From Octopus vulgaris (Eukaryota), in the NCBI GenBank assembly GCA_951406725.2, contig OX597831.1:32178001-32242000 (forward strand): a stretch of 64,000 nt of DNA, given 5' to 3'. The notes beneath the pieces were generated by a model, which was not told the DNA's origin, did not search any database, and saw only the letters and a list, made by a program, of their open reading frames with translations. A program made the translations under genes and the position numbers. Below are positions 51,569 through 64,000 of this stretch, one piece after another. Position 1 is the first letter of the stretch, and each line of letters begins with the position of its first letter.

Positions 51569-54355
51569 GACAAGGACACATACACACATGCAACAGACTT
51601 TTTTCAGTTTCCATCAACCAAATCCACTCACAATGCTTTGATTTGGCCCAGGGTTACAATAAAAGCTACCTTCCCAAGGTGCCAGGCCATGAGACTGAAC
51701 CCAAAACTACATGGTCAGGAAGCAACCATATACTTCCAGGTAGAATTGGTAGAGTATCAACCATTTATCTTCTGGTATTTAATCTGATCCCTTAATTTGT
51801 GTTTTCTCATTGCGAGGTCAATAAAAAAAAACTATAAAACATGTGATGATAACAACCAGTAAACTCTTGAGGGCAATGATCCAGAATGGTTGCAGCCCAA
51901 TGATCAAGGTCAGTGAAAGAACAAAGGAATGGCTAGTTGATGTTCTGGACAGAAATTCATAGAAATTGCTGAGTCATTACAAGAAGAATAAAAGACAAAA
52001 ACAAAAAAAATATTCTTTCTCTTATTTTGAAATGTGTAATTTAAAAAAATTAAACCGAATATGAAGATTTTATTTTACAACGAAGCATTTGCAGAAGAAG
52101 GAAATATGAAATCTGTACAAGAACAATTTGGCATTTGGAAAGTTGATTGTATTCTTGAAAATAATCATGTCAAAACCCATTAAAGGTTCTCTCAAAGAAT
52201 ATAAAAAGAAAGAAGTGGAGAAAAAGAGAAATTCAATAAATAAACAAATTCTTCAAAAAACAACCCAAATTTTTATCTTTTGCCAAACACAAAAGAATTT
52301 ATTTTACATTTTTGGAAAAGGTCCCCCTCCCGCCACATTTTTAGCAGAATATTTTATTGTGAGGCAAGAATTTTAAAACCAAACCTTTCATGTGTAAAAC
52401 ACACTCCGCCACCCTCATCTCTCCAAGAGATTGTTTGTTTTTGTTTATTTTTATTACCATCTTTTAATTTGTTTGTATTTTTATTTTGTTTTGCTTCCTT
52501 TTGCATGTTTTTTGCAAATAAAACTTCGCTCCATGGAAAGCTGAACATTTGGAGAAGACGGTCAGGATAGAGAAGCAGGTGGGGGACACTGTGTGCCAAT
52601 GTTGCTTTACGGTGGGCACGAGCAAGAGCGGCACGATTGACGAAAAGAGTAAAGAGACTTGCTCTTGTTACACAGCTCTAAACAGGTGGCAAGAAAATGG
52701 AAAACAGCACTTTTGCCTTTGAGGCATCAGAGCAGCCCAGGGAATTATAAGGAGCACTGGGAATTGCTCAAGGTGATCACCTTCTTGTTTATATGTTATA
52801 ACTAGTTTCTATTAGGGCTAAATCCCTTAACTGTATTTCAACTTTATCCTTGTATTGTCCATTTTATCTCAAACCCTTGAGGCTAATAAAAAAATTTATT
52901 ATTATTATTATTGAGGGAAATGCTTTCTAGTGAATTTGTCAAAAGGTCAGTCAAAGTGGCAAAAATGATTAGGTAGAATGAATCTACTCTAACTCTTTAG
53001 CATTTAAACTGACCATATCCAACCCAAATATTCCACTTGTTTTATGCTCAAACTGGTCAGATCCAGCTTCTCAAACCTAGCCAATAATACCATTCTTAAA
53101 ACAATTATATTATCAATTTCTCAAAGCTACAAGATAAAGCATAATTATTTCAAAGTAAAGTGAAAGGGTTAAACATGTGCCTGTAGATCGAAAATAATTA
53201 GATAAGGGCTTGTGCCCTTCTGTGGTTATCACAGTGATCCTGGATCTGTGGGATTTCTTGATTGGCCCCAGCTGGAGTTTCTCTTGCACCAGGAGGACTG
53301 CATCAGTTATGTGTTCATATGCTTTGTATACTATCTATATCTATACTTTTTATCTCGTTTTCCCCCTCCTCTCCTTTTCTTCTCCCCATCTTTTACGTAA
53401 CCCACCACCACCACCACCACCACCCACATTCACATTCACATAAACTCTCTCTGCTGCAGTCAAGTTTGCCTTTCATCCTTTCTAGCTGAGCACGAGGAAT
53501 AGGCGGAGTCAATGTAATCGATTAGCCCCACCCACCCCCACTTCCACCACCCACAAAAATTTCAGACCTTGTGCTTTGATGGAGAGATAGAAAGTATTAT
53601 TATTATTGTTGTTGTTGTTATTAAAGGCAGCGAGCTGGCAGAATCGTTAGCACGCCAGGAGAACTTGTTAGTAGTATTTCATCTGTTGCTGTGTTCTGAG
53701 TTCAAATTCCACCAAGGTTGACTTTGCCTTTCATCCTTTCAAGGTCAATGAAATAAATACCAGTTGTGCATGGGGGGTGGGGTTCGATGTAATCAACTAC
53801 CCCCTCCTTCACCAAATTTCAGGCATTGTGCATATAGTAGAAAAATATGATCATTATTGTTATTAATAATATTGTTATTATTAAGGGTGGTTTTGATTGA
53901 TTGATTCTAGTTTCAGCTCATGAGCTGTGGCCATGCTGGGGCAGTTGACAAAAACATCAGAGCATTGGAAAAAATGCTTTGCATGTGTTTCTGAGTTCAA
54001 ATCTTGCAGGAGTCAATAAAATATAGTGCCAGTCAAGTACTCTATAAATATAATCAACTTGCCCCTTCAAAATTGCTGGCTTTGTGTCTAAATCAGACCC
54101 CCACCCCCTGCCATTATTATTAATTTATATACTCTATTTCTCTAAGTGCATGTGTTTGTATGTGAGTACGTATATTCGTATGTGTTTGTAAAAAGAAAGG
54201 AGAATGACAGGAACGAAGATAATTATTGAGCAAAACATCTTAATAATGATCAATAAACCTTCCACCCTCGCCATTCTCTCAACAAATTTAAAAGAAAAGC
54301 AGAAAAAAAGAAACAGAAATGTTTCCATTTGAAATTCATTTTTGTGTTTTCATAT

Positions 54356-54627
54356 TAATATATATATACATATATACATATATATATACATATATATACA
54401 TATATATATACATATATATATATACATATATATATATACATATATATATATACACATATATATATATACATATATATACACACATATATATATATACATA
54501 TATATACACATATACATATATATACATATATATACACATATATATATATACATATATATACATATATATATATACATATATATACATATATATACATATA
54601 TATACATATATATATACATATATATAC

Positions 54628-54658
<31 letters not shown>

Positions 54659-54769
54659 CATATATATATACATATATATACATATATATATACATATATA
54701 TACATATATATACATATATATATACATATATATACATATATATATACATATATATATACATATATATAC

Positions 54770-54802
<33 letters not shown>

Positions 54803-54825
54803 CATATATATATACATATATATAC

Positions 54826-54877
<52 letters not shown>
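54356..54877. repeat. (TATATACA)-type microsatellite tract
   Basis: Direct inspection. Confidence 0.95.
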
Positions 54878-54883
<6 letters not shown>

Positions 54884-55612
54884 TTATTTGCTCGTTACTG
54901 TAATTTGCTTGTTTATGTGTTTATCTTATTTATTCATTCCAGTCCACATGCCATATTCTCTTCAACTAACTTCAGTTTTGCACGGCCTTGCACACTAACA
55001 CAGAATGACAAAGACAACTGCAGCAACAACACCAACACCAACAATAACAACGTTTATTTTTAATTTACCACCTTTTCCACCTCTATCGCTACCACCACCA
55101 CCACCACCAACCCAAAAATAAGAAAACGAGGCAAGAGACAGAATAATAGACAGATAGGCAGGAAGCTAGGCAGGCAGATACATAGATGAAGAGGTAGGTA
55201 GATAGACAGAAAGATAGCTAGCTAGGTAGGTAGGTAGATGGATAGAAAGATAGACAGGTAGATAGAAAGGTAGGCAAGGAGACAGATAGGTAAATGTAGA
55301 GAGGGTGAGAGAAAAATACATACATGGAGTAATACACACACACACACACACGTGTATACAAGACAAGGAGAGAAAGATGATGATGATTAAAATGATGATG
55401 ATGATGATGCTTGTGATGGCAAGATGATAATATTAATGTTTGTAGTGATGCTGGTGATGATAGTAGTTACATTGACAGAGGTGATGGTAATGATGACAGT
55501 GGCGATGGAGATGGTGATGATGGAAGTGAGATGGTGGTGGTGGTGGTAAAGATAGATAGCTTCAGACCGGAGAATGACCAAAGGAAAGTCAGCTTATGTA
55601 TTTTATATTGTA

Positions 55613-55980
55613 CTAGCAGTATCGCCCAGCGTTGCTCGGGTTTGTAAGGGAAATAACTATATAAGCATTTTTAGAGATGTAAAGTATAATAGCCATCTCA
55701 ATATGGCTAACCACAAAGGGGGGGTGTTACTGTAGCTTTTACGTTCTGAGATTTAATAATAAATGCCAAAAATGCATTAAAAATGGGAAAAATTGATGGT
55801 AAATTTTTTTTTAAATCATAGAATCATTGTAGATGCGCGCTAATACCCAGAAGGGCTCGATATGAATCACGACTATAAGATACCCGGTTTTGGTTAAACT
55901 GCACCGCAAAATGTGGGAGTAGTTAGGAATCTAAATCGTAGGAGACAGACAGCACACAACCTTACTTTTGTATATAAAGA
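55613..55980 (-). mobile_element. Non-autonomous Helitron
   Basis: Minus strand a|TCTTTATATACAAAAG...CCCGAGCAACGCTGGGCGATACTGCTAG|t: 5' TC, 3' GC-rich hairpin, CTAG end, A-T insertion site, no TSD. Confidence 0.85.
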
Positions 55981-55994
55981 TATTCCTCTTGACT

Positions 55995-56545
55995 CTAATT
56001 CTGGTGTTACAGTTAATATACTTGTGTCACAACCCAGATACTTGTGTCACACACATAGACACATTAATGTTATAGTCCAGACACTGACGTCAGAGTTCAG
56101 ATAATTGTTTCACAACTCATACACTAATGCCAAGACTGTTACATTAGTGTCACAGTTCTTGTCACTGTCCAGATACTGATGTCACAGTTGTTACATTAGT
56201 GCCAGTCTATTATATTCGATACAAGTTATGTCACACTTCATGTCTGTGTCACAATCCAAATATTCATGTCACAATCTAGATACTGGAGTCACAGTCTGTA
56301 ACTGTGTCATGAGCAAGATATACTAGTGACACAGCTAAAATATTCATGTCACAATCCAGAAATGGTGTCACAGCCGAAGTATTCATGTCACAATCTTGAT
56401 ACTAGTGCTACAGTCTAAATATATGATATTCAAGAACTGGTGTCATGGTTCAAACACTCTTATTACAATCCAGATAGTGATGTCACAGTCCAGTGCCAGA
56501 TTCCAAATATTCATGTCACATTTAATATACCAAAGTCACAATCCA
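55995..56545. repeat. Degenerate ~20-bp tandem repeat (at.tt.atgtcaca.tc.ag)
   Basis: tgtcaca recurs at roughly 20-bp period with alternating atattca/atactg variants. Confidence 0.7.
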
Positions 56546-56884
56546 TCATAAATGCAACAGAAATGTATTACTGTGCCAGATCCACAGAACACTCCTTAAA
56601 ACGGTTGGCATTAGGAAGGGCATCAAGCTGTAGGAACCATACCAAAGCAGAGACTGGCATTTGGCGCAGTCTTCTGGCTCACCAACCTCTGTCAAACTGT
56701 CCAACCCAAATGGACAGTAAATGATGATGATGATGAAATCATGTAGTAAGAAGTTGGTCTCCCAGCCAGATGGTTCTTGGTTCAGTCCCACTGCATGGTA
56801 CTTTGCACAAGTGTCTTCTACTATAGCCTTGGGTCAATTAAAGCCTTGTGAGTGAATTTGGTAGACAGAATATGTGTATTTGTA

Positions 56885-56931
<47 letters not shown>

Positions 56932-58639
56932 TGTGTGTGTGTCTTTGTCGCTTACCACTGCATAGAAACCAGTGTTGGTGTGTTTACATCCCTGTAACTT
57001 AGCAGTTTAGCAAAAGAGACCAATAAAATAAGTACCAGGCTTAAAGAAAAAAAAGTACTGGAGTCGATTCATTTGACTAAAGAAAGTTCTTCAAGATAGT
57101 GCTCCAGCATGGCCACAACCTAATTACTGAAACAAGTAAAAGATAAAAGATGTGTGGAAGATTTTTGACAAGGATGAGGTTGGAAAATGAAATCCAACAA
57201 GAAGTGGTAAATGGTAAATGTGTGTTGTTATGAAAGATGGAATTAATGTAACAGGAAAGTTATTAGAGACGGAATCGGTAGAGAAGGGTTGACATTATGG
57301 CATTGATTTTTGCAAGAATTTACAGAAAGTAGTATTTTTCAAGCAATCTGGAATTAGTAATTTTACAAAATAAATTTACTAAAAGAATCTGGTGTCTATT
57401 TCTAAAGACACTGCCCCCCCCCCCCCACACACTCCCAGTTCCAACTTGTGGAACTGTCAAATGTATTTCTTGGAGAAATCAGACAAGATGGAAAGAATGA
57501 AAGGGAAAAAGACAGAAAGATGGAGCAAAGGAAGAATGACAGAAAGAAAGAGAAAAAGATAGAAAGAAGAATTAAATCATAAATGAGAAATTGTGTGTGT
57601 GTGTGTGTATACATGCATTATGTGAGACTGTGTGGGTGTGGTTTTATGTATGTGTATGTATTATGTGAGTGTGTGTTACAATCTCTGTTGTGTTTAATAG
57701 CAGTCTCCCAGAGTGCAACAGGTCCTTGGTTCAAGTCCTGCGTGAGGGCCTGGTTTATTTTATAAATGCAGTCATTGCTGGGGGGGTGGGAAAGGGGTAT
57801 GGTTAAGAAATTCATTTTGGCAGCAATCAATTCATCATCATCATCATCTTAGCCACAACCATCCCCATCATTATAATTATCACTTTCATCACCTTTGTCA
57901 CCACCACCACCACCACCACCACCATCATTACCATCACAATCATGCCACTCCTGTCATTATCATTATCACCATCGTTACCATTATCGTCATCACCATTATC
58001 ACCATCGAGAAAAACAAAAACCTTTCTGAATTTTCAACAGACAGTAAAAACAAAAAAAAAACAAAAAACAAAATGGTGACTTGAAATTCTTCTTGACACA
58101 AACAACAACAACAACAAAACAAAGAATAAGTAATCGCTGCATTTGTATGGCACATTGCTATAACAACATTTCTTATCTTCTGCTGCACAGCTTCAACACA
58201 AACCTTACAGTGTGTGTGTGCGTGTGTGTGTGTGTGTGTGTGTGCGCACGAACATACATATGAAATATAAATATAGAATATATATTGGTTTGGTATTACA
58301 AACAGGAAACTAAAACTCAAACATGAGTACATCTAACTTCAGCTGATTAATTAATACACACACACACATGAATGTAAATGTGTGTGTGTGTGTGTGTGTG
58401 TAAAGTTCAAAATTCTGCAAAGAACATGAGACAGACAGGTGAGGGAACAAAAAGCAGTGTATTAGTGTGTATATAATACATGCATGTATGTACGTATATA
58501 TATACACATGCATATATATATATATATATATAAATACATAATACACACACACATGCATACATATACATACACACACATGCATGCATACATACATACATAT
58601 ATATGTATATATATATACACATACACACACACACATGCA

Positions 58640-59036
58640 TACATCATCATCACTGTTTAACGTCCATTTTCCATGCTGGCATGGGTTGGACGGTTTGACT
58701 TGGCTCTGGAAAGCCAGGAGGCTGCACCAGGCTCCAGTCTGATCTGGCAGTGTTTCTACAGCTGGATGCCTTTCCTAACGCCAACCACTCCGTGAGTGTA
58801 GTGGGTGCTTTTTACATGCCACTGGCACAGGTATCACAACTACAATTGCCATTTGATTTATATTTTGATGTTGATATATATATATATCTATCATCATCAT
58901 CATCATCATTAGGCATTTGGAAGGGCAACCAGCTGTAGAAACTCTGCCAGATCATATTGGAGTCTAGTTCGCCAGACCTCAGTCAAATCGTCCAACCCAT
59001 GCTAGCATGGAAAGCGGACGTTAAATGATGATGATG

Positions 59037-59077
<41 letters not shown>

Positions 59078-59730
59078 TACACATATCTCATCATCATCAT
59101 CATTTAACGTCTGCTTTCCATGCTGGCATGGGTTGGACAGTTTGACGTGGGACTGGCAAGCCAGGAGGCCACACCAGGCTCCAATCTGATCTGGCACTGT
59201 TTCTACAGTGAGATGCCCTTTCTAACACCAACCACTCTGATAGTGTAGTGGGTGCTTTTTACATGCCACTGGCATGAGAGCTAGTCGGGGCAGGGGCACT
59301 GGCATCAGCCACAACTACAATTTCCATTTGATTGTGATTTGATTTGATTTTGATTTCCTTGACTCAATAGATCTCCTCAAGCATGGCATGTCACCCTAAG
59401 ATTCAAAGGTACTTTTTAAATGGGATGGTTATGCAACACTGGTATAGGCTATGGCTGGGATCTCACTTTACTTGCCAGGTCTTCTCAATCAAAGCATATA
59501 TCCAGATGTCTTGGTCTCTTGTCATTGCCTCAGTGAGGCCCAACGTTCGAAGGTCATGCTTCACCACCTCATCCCATGTCTTCCTGGGTCTCTCTCTTCC
59601 ATGGGTTCCTTCCACTGTTAGGGAGTGACACTTCACACAACTCTCCTCATCCATATGCAGTACATGACCATACCAGCACAGTCGTCTCTTGCACACCACA
59701 TTTGATTCTTATGTTGACCATTTCTCTCGT
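58640..59730. mobile_element. Cluster of RTE 3' ends: minus 58640-58830, plus 58905-59037, minus 59095-59730 with RT C-terminus
   Basis: RRLCWYGHVLHMDEE...RPRKTWDEVVKHDLRTLGL followed by the 3' UTR and (GAT)n tail. Confidence 0.85.
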
Positions 59731-59954
59731 ATATGTGTATATATATATATATACATACACACACACACACACACATGCATGAGTGTGTATATATGCATGC
59801 ACACACATACATATACATACACATATATACACTTTATTTTATATATGCGTGTTTATGTGTGTATGAGAGATGTCATACATACTCAGTTATAAAGTTTGTC
59901 CTTTTAATTGCTGTGTGTATGATATATTGATACAGTTATTGGTGCTTTTCTGCA

Positions 59955-59995
<41 letters not shown>

Positions 59996-60499
59996 TTGTC
60001 TGCTCCAATTCTGTAAACAAACTTCTTGGGCTTCCCCTTAATTCTATTGTACAACCATTTCGTAAGATAACCTTTCCCACAACCCAACAAGAAAGTACAA
60101 CAGATCTTCTGCATATATACATCACAACAGTTCTTTTCCTCTCCTGTTTTTGATCTTTTTTTTTTTTTTTTTTTGCTGTTGTCTTTTTACCATTTTAAAT
60201 CCATTTTCCAAGCTGAATTTATTTCTAGTTAACTTTTTAATGCTTCCTCCATTAAATATGTTAATACTAACAAAACTATCTGTCTGTCTGTCTGTCTTAC
60301 TATAGTACAAATGGTAATGCATGCTCATGAGACAGTGTGTATATAGGTGTGTGCATTTAATATATATGGTCAAGTGTCTTCTGCTATAGTCTAGGGCTGA
60401 CCAAAGCCTTGTGAGTGGATTGGGTAAAGTGCAACTGAAAGAGGTCTGTTGTGTATATGTGTGTGTATATATATATATGTGTGTATGTGTGTATATAAT

Positions 60500-60790
60500 T
60501 AGTGTACATTTAAACACAAAATGAGGTGACCCATAACAGGCTGCCTTGCATGATAGAAGGAGCAGTCAAAACGTCCAAAACCACTGATGAGAACTTCGCC
60601 TAGCAAATTATTTTATTTGCTAATTAAAGTTCGAAACCTAGTTCTGGCTGTAAAAAACATGGTAAAAGTTTTTGCTTTTCATTCCCTTCGAAATTGCTCT
60701 TAAATGTGGTTTTGGACGTTTTGACTGCACCTTCTATCAGGTAAGGCGGCCTGTTAAGGGTCACCTATTTTTGTGTTTAAATGTACACTA
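60500..60790. mobile_element. Fold-back / MITE-like element with ~85-bp inverted arms enclosing a hammerhead motif
   Basis: tagtgtacatttaaacacaaaa...cagtcaaaacgtccaaaaccac pairs with gtggttttggacgttttgactg...ttttgtgtttaaatgtacacta. Confidence 0.85.
60581..60647 (+). ncRNA. Type I hammerhead ribozyme motif with extended stem II
   Basis: CCA-CTGATGA-GAACTT-cgcc-TAGCAAAT-tatttt-ATTTGCTA-atta-AAGTTC-GAAA-CCTAGT-TC-TGG. Confidence 0.75.
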
Positions 60791-61352
60791 TCTTGCCCAG
60801 GATATTAATCGTTTAGAAGCCGTTCAGCGACGTGCAACCAAGAGAATACCCTCCATCAGGCATTTACCATATTCTGAATGCCTTACTTGCCTGGGCATGG
60901 ATACATTGAAACTCCGACATCTTGCAGCTGACTTGGTAGACACACATAAAATTATTAACCATCTTACAAACAATAACTCTGAGCACCTTTTCAAACTCCA
61001 TCTGTCTAACACCCATGGACATGTTTACAAAGTCAGAAAACAGCACAGCTCCCATGACTTTCGGAAACATTTTTTCACGCTAAGAGTTGCTGAAGTAGGG
61101 AACAAACTGCTGGCATCAATTGTTAGTTGTCGGAGCACTGCATCCTTCAAAACTTCCATGCTTCCCGAGAATCACCAACACTACACCTGATTTTCTCCCC
61201 TCCATACACACGCAAGCATGTATCTGACTCATACACTGTTCACTTTCCAGACATTTGTACATTACTGCATATTCTTTATACGCACTTTTGACAAGTTGTG
61301 GCGCACCTGAGCATCATATACAATAATTTTATTATTATTATTATTATTATTA
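60791..61352 (+). mobile_element. 5'-truncated CR1-clade LINE with 3' UTR and (ATT)n tail
   Basis: DINRLEAVQRRATKRIP...LGMDTLKLRHLAADL...GHVYKV...HFFTLRV; tail gcgcacctgagca...attattatt. Confidence 0.88.
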
Positions 61353-61462
61353 TTTATATGGAAAATATGTTGTCTATTGACTCTTTATACATGCTAGCCC
61401 ACTGGTAGAAAAATTTCTAAAATTTTGCTACCCTATATTATTTTAAGTATATATCATCATAT

Positions 61463-61524
<62 letters not shown>

Positions 61525-61537
61525 GATGATATGTATT

Positions 61538-61631
61538 AAATATTATTAATTTTGAAAACGGAAAGATGTAATGGATGAATAAATTCATTTGTATCCATTA
61601 GATCGCTACGTTTTCAAACTTAATAATATTT
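61538..61631. repeat. Imperfect AT-rich inverted repeat beside (TA)n
   Basis: aaatattattaattttgaaaacg...gtaatggat pairs with atccattag...cgttttcaaacttaataatattt. Confidence 0.65.
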
Positions 61632-62264
61632 GAAATTTTACGATATTTTATATAATACATTCATTGAAGAAATATCTTTTCCAAATACAATATATTAAAC
61701 CAGTGTATCTTGGACAAAAAAAAAATATCCCTAAAAGAGGTCTAAATATCCGCATTGTGACTTGCCAGGGCCACGGATTGGCTCCCGTGCAGGCTAGACA
61801 GACAGACACACACACAGGCAGAAAGTGAGGGTGATTGCTTGCTATGTCTGTTGCATGTATGCCACTTTATAGCAGTGGCACTTCACTGTCTACTGATGAG
61901 TTAAGTTAAATATTAGGTGGGGTGGTGGGGAGAAAGAGATATGAAAGGGGAGAGAGAGAGAGAGAGAAAGAGAAAGACAAGGAAAGAAATAGGGACAAGA
62001 AGAGAGGGGTAGAGAAATGTAGAGGGGGAGAAAAAGAGAGAGAAAAGGAGAAAAAAATATTGCGAAAAACTACCAACGTATAAAATAAATAAATCATGAA
62101 TAAACATCAAAGCAAGACATTTGATTGGCAAAGCTGGATAATTATCATCATCATCATCGGTAACAGCTTGAGGTATTTTTATGTCGTCTTTGGAACAGTT
62201 TATGGAACAGACTGAATATAGGTGGTGTATAAGGGGAGGAAATAGAAAAATGTTGGTGAGCGTG

Positions 62265-62318
<54 letters not shown>

Positions 62319-63372
62319 TACACACATTATACAGTAGAATCCTTTCTACTGTAGGTACAAAACCTGAAATTTTGAAGGGAGGGGGACAGTTAACTATATC
62401 AACCGCAGAAACGTTAACGCGGGGGGTGAAACGATTAGCGGTATTTCGTCTGTCGTTACGTTCTGAGTTCAAATTACGCTGAGGTCGACTTTGCCTTTCA
62501 TCCTTTCGGGGTCGATAAATAAAGTACCAGTTGCGTACTGGGGTCGATGTAATCGACTTAATCCCTTTGTCTGTCCTTGTTTGTCCCCTCTATGTTTAGC
62601 CCCTTGTGGGTAGTAAAGAAATATATATCAACCACAGTATTCAAGTGATACTTAGTTGTCAACCCCATAAGGACAAGTGGCAAAGTTGATCTCGGAAGAA
62701 TTTGAACTTAGTACGCCAGACAAAATGCTTGACAGCATTTCATCTGTCTTCACATTCTAACGACTCTACCATTGGTTTTATTGGCCAAAAGCAATCAAAA
62801 CATTGGAGACCTAATACAAAAATAATGGCTATTTTGTAACTGGATGGTAAAGATATCCCTAACAGCAGCAGCAGATCGAAAAATGAAATATGGTTAAACA
62901 TTCTTTGTCTGTTATTGCCAAAATGGTAAATTCTTAGAGAATCACTGCCCAAATTAGATTTCCAAGAACATGGCCATGTGTGACACTAAAACTCAAAGTT
63001 AAAGTTGTGTTTAATAGGCTGGAGAAATCGGCAACTTCACAGTTGAACAATTTGTGGATGATATGTTTTTATACTTTGAAATGGTCCAGGGAAGTGGTAC
63101 AGCACTGATGCTGTGACTGTTGTTTGGTGATTGGGTATTGTTGCAAAACGGAATTTCAAGTGTCTGGAGAGAAATGGACCCCTTCAAGATTGAAACTGCT
63201 CACATTTGAAATGAAGCAGTGCATACATAGTTTGGAAAATTCTGGTTGTTTGATATACAAGTGTGTGTTCATGCATGGCTGTGTATATAGCTATATATAA
63301 TCATGTGTATATGGATGTTTATAATCTAAGGATTATAGAGACACATGTTTAACCTTGATATATATATATATA

Positions 63373-63575
63373 GTTAATCTAAACAAGAAAGCACAAAAAA
63401 ACACAACGCGAGGACGTGGAACAAATATAGTATTATTGGACGCTCAGGAAAGAAGGAAAGAAGGAGGGTTTAATGTTTTGAGCGGAGTTCTTCGTCGGAA
63501 ACATAGAAGAAGGAAAGATCCAGAGAAGGGAAGACAGAGGAAAAAAAAAAAAAAAATCGCCAACGGTACACAGAC
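63373..63575 (-). mobile_element. Penelope-like remnant with degenerate hammerhead (63468-63502); a second, inverted copy starts at ~63950
   Basis: Minus strand GTTT-CCGACGA-a-GAAC tcc GCTC-AAAA-CATT-AAAC; adjacent to (TA)n. Confidence 0.5.
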
Positions 63576-64000
63576 ACACACAACCATATCCTATGTGCAT
63601 AGAAACTTTGATATATACATATATAATAATGTACATGCATATACACACACACAAACACACTCACTTACACCTATATGAAGTAGGAACCTGGTGATTGCAT
63701 AGGAAACTTCTTAAACACAAAGTCATGCATCCATACGTATCTACATCTATCTTTTTACCTTTCACTCATTGCAATCATTGGACTGCGGCCATGCTGGGGC
63801 ATCTTTCTGAAGGATTTAGACAAACAAATTGATCCCAGTACTAATTCAATTAAACTCTTTTGCCAAACAGCTAAGTTACAGGGACATAAACAAACCAACA
63901 CCAACTGCCAAGTATTGGTGGGTCACAAACACACACGTATTTCAATATGTGACCGCGTGTGTATCGTTGGTGATTTTCGTTCTCTGTCTTCCACTCTTTG

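Noticed and set aside
54248-54263. Possible short first exon ATG GCG AGG GTG GAA G (phase 1) on minus
   Set aside because: Phase fits the 48560 acceptor, but the donor GTTTAT is weak and there is no homology; needs RNA evidence.
62760-63260. Unique-looking block that might be an upstream exon or transposase relic
   Set aside because: Stops in the frames read and no motif I could recognise.

Overview
Eukaryotic, AT-rich, microsatellite- and SINE-dense genomic DNA, most consistent with an octopus (coleoid cephalopod) genome; this is inferred from repeat content, not proven. The window is almost all intron. Four small minus-strand exons (48471-48560, 35943-36057, 14025-14115, 5212-5325; 410 nt over ~43 kb, GT-AG, phases 1-1, 1-2, 2-0, 0-0) splice in frame into the N-terminal SEC14/CRAL-TRIO domain of a DBS/MCF2L-like Rho GEF. 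The first exon and downstream exons were not found here. The introns hold tRNA-derived SINE families, RTE, CR1 and R4/Dong LINE fragments, a full-length dead DD36E Tc1-like element, mariner and piggyBac-like MITEs, a Helitron, and very long (TA)n-type tracts. The least expected signal is a set of about ten type I hammerhead-ribozyme motifs from several families, many with palindromic (dimer-type) stem III. They lie in Penelope-like remnants and fold-back elements, often next to (TA)n tracts. One family joins a GIY-YIG-like ORF tail, a tRNA-like Pol III cassette and a hammerhead. Nearly all long ORFs in the supplied track are microsatellite artefacts. All alignments and folds were done by eye.
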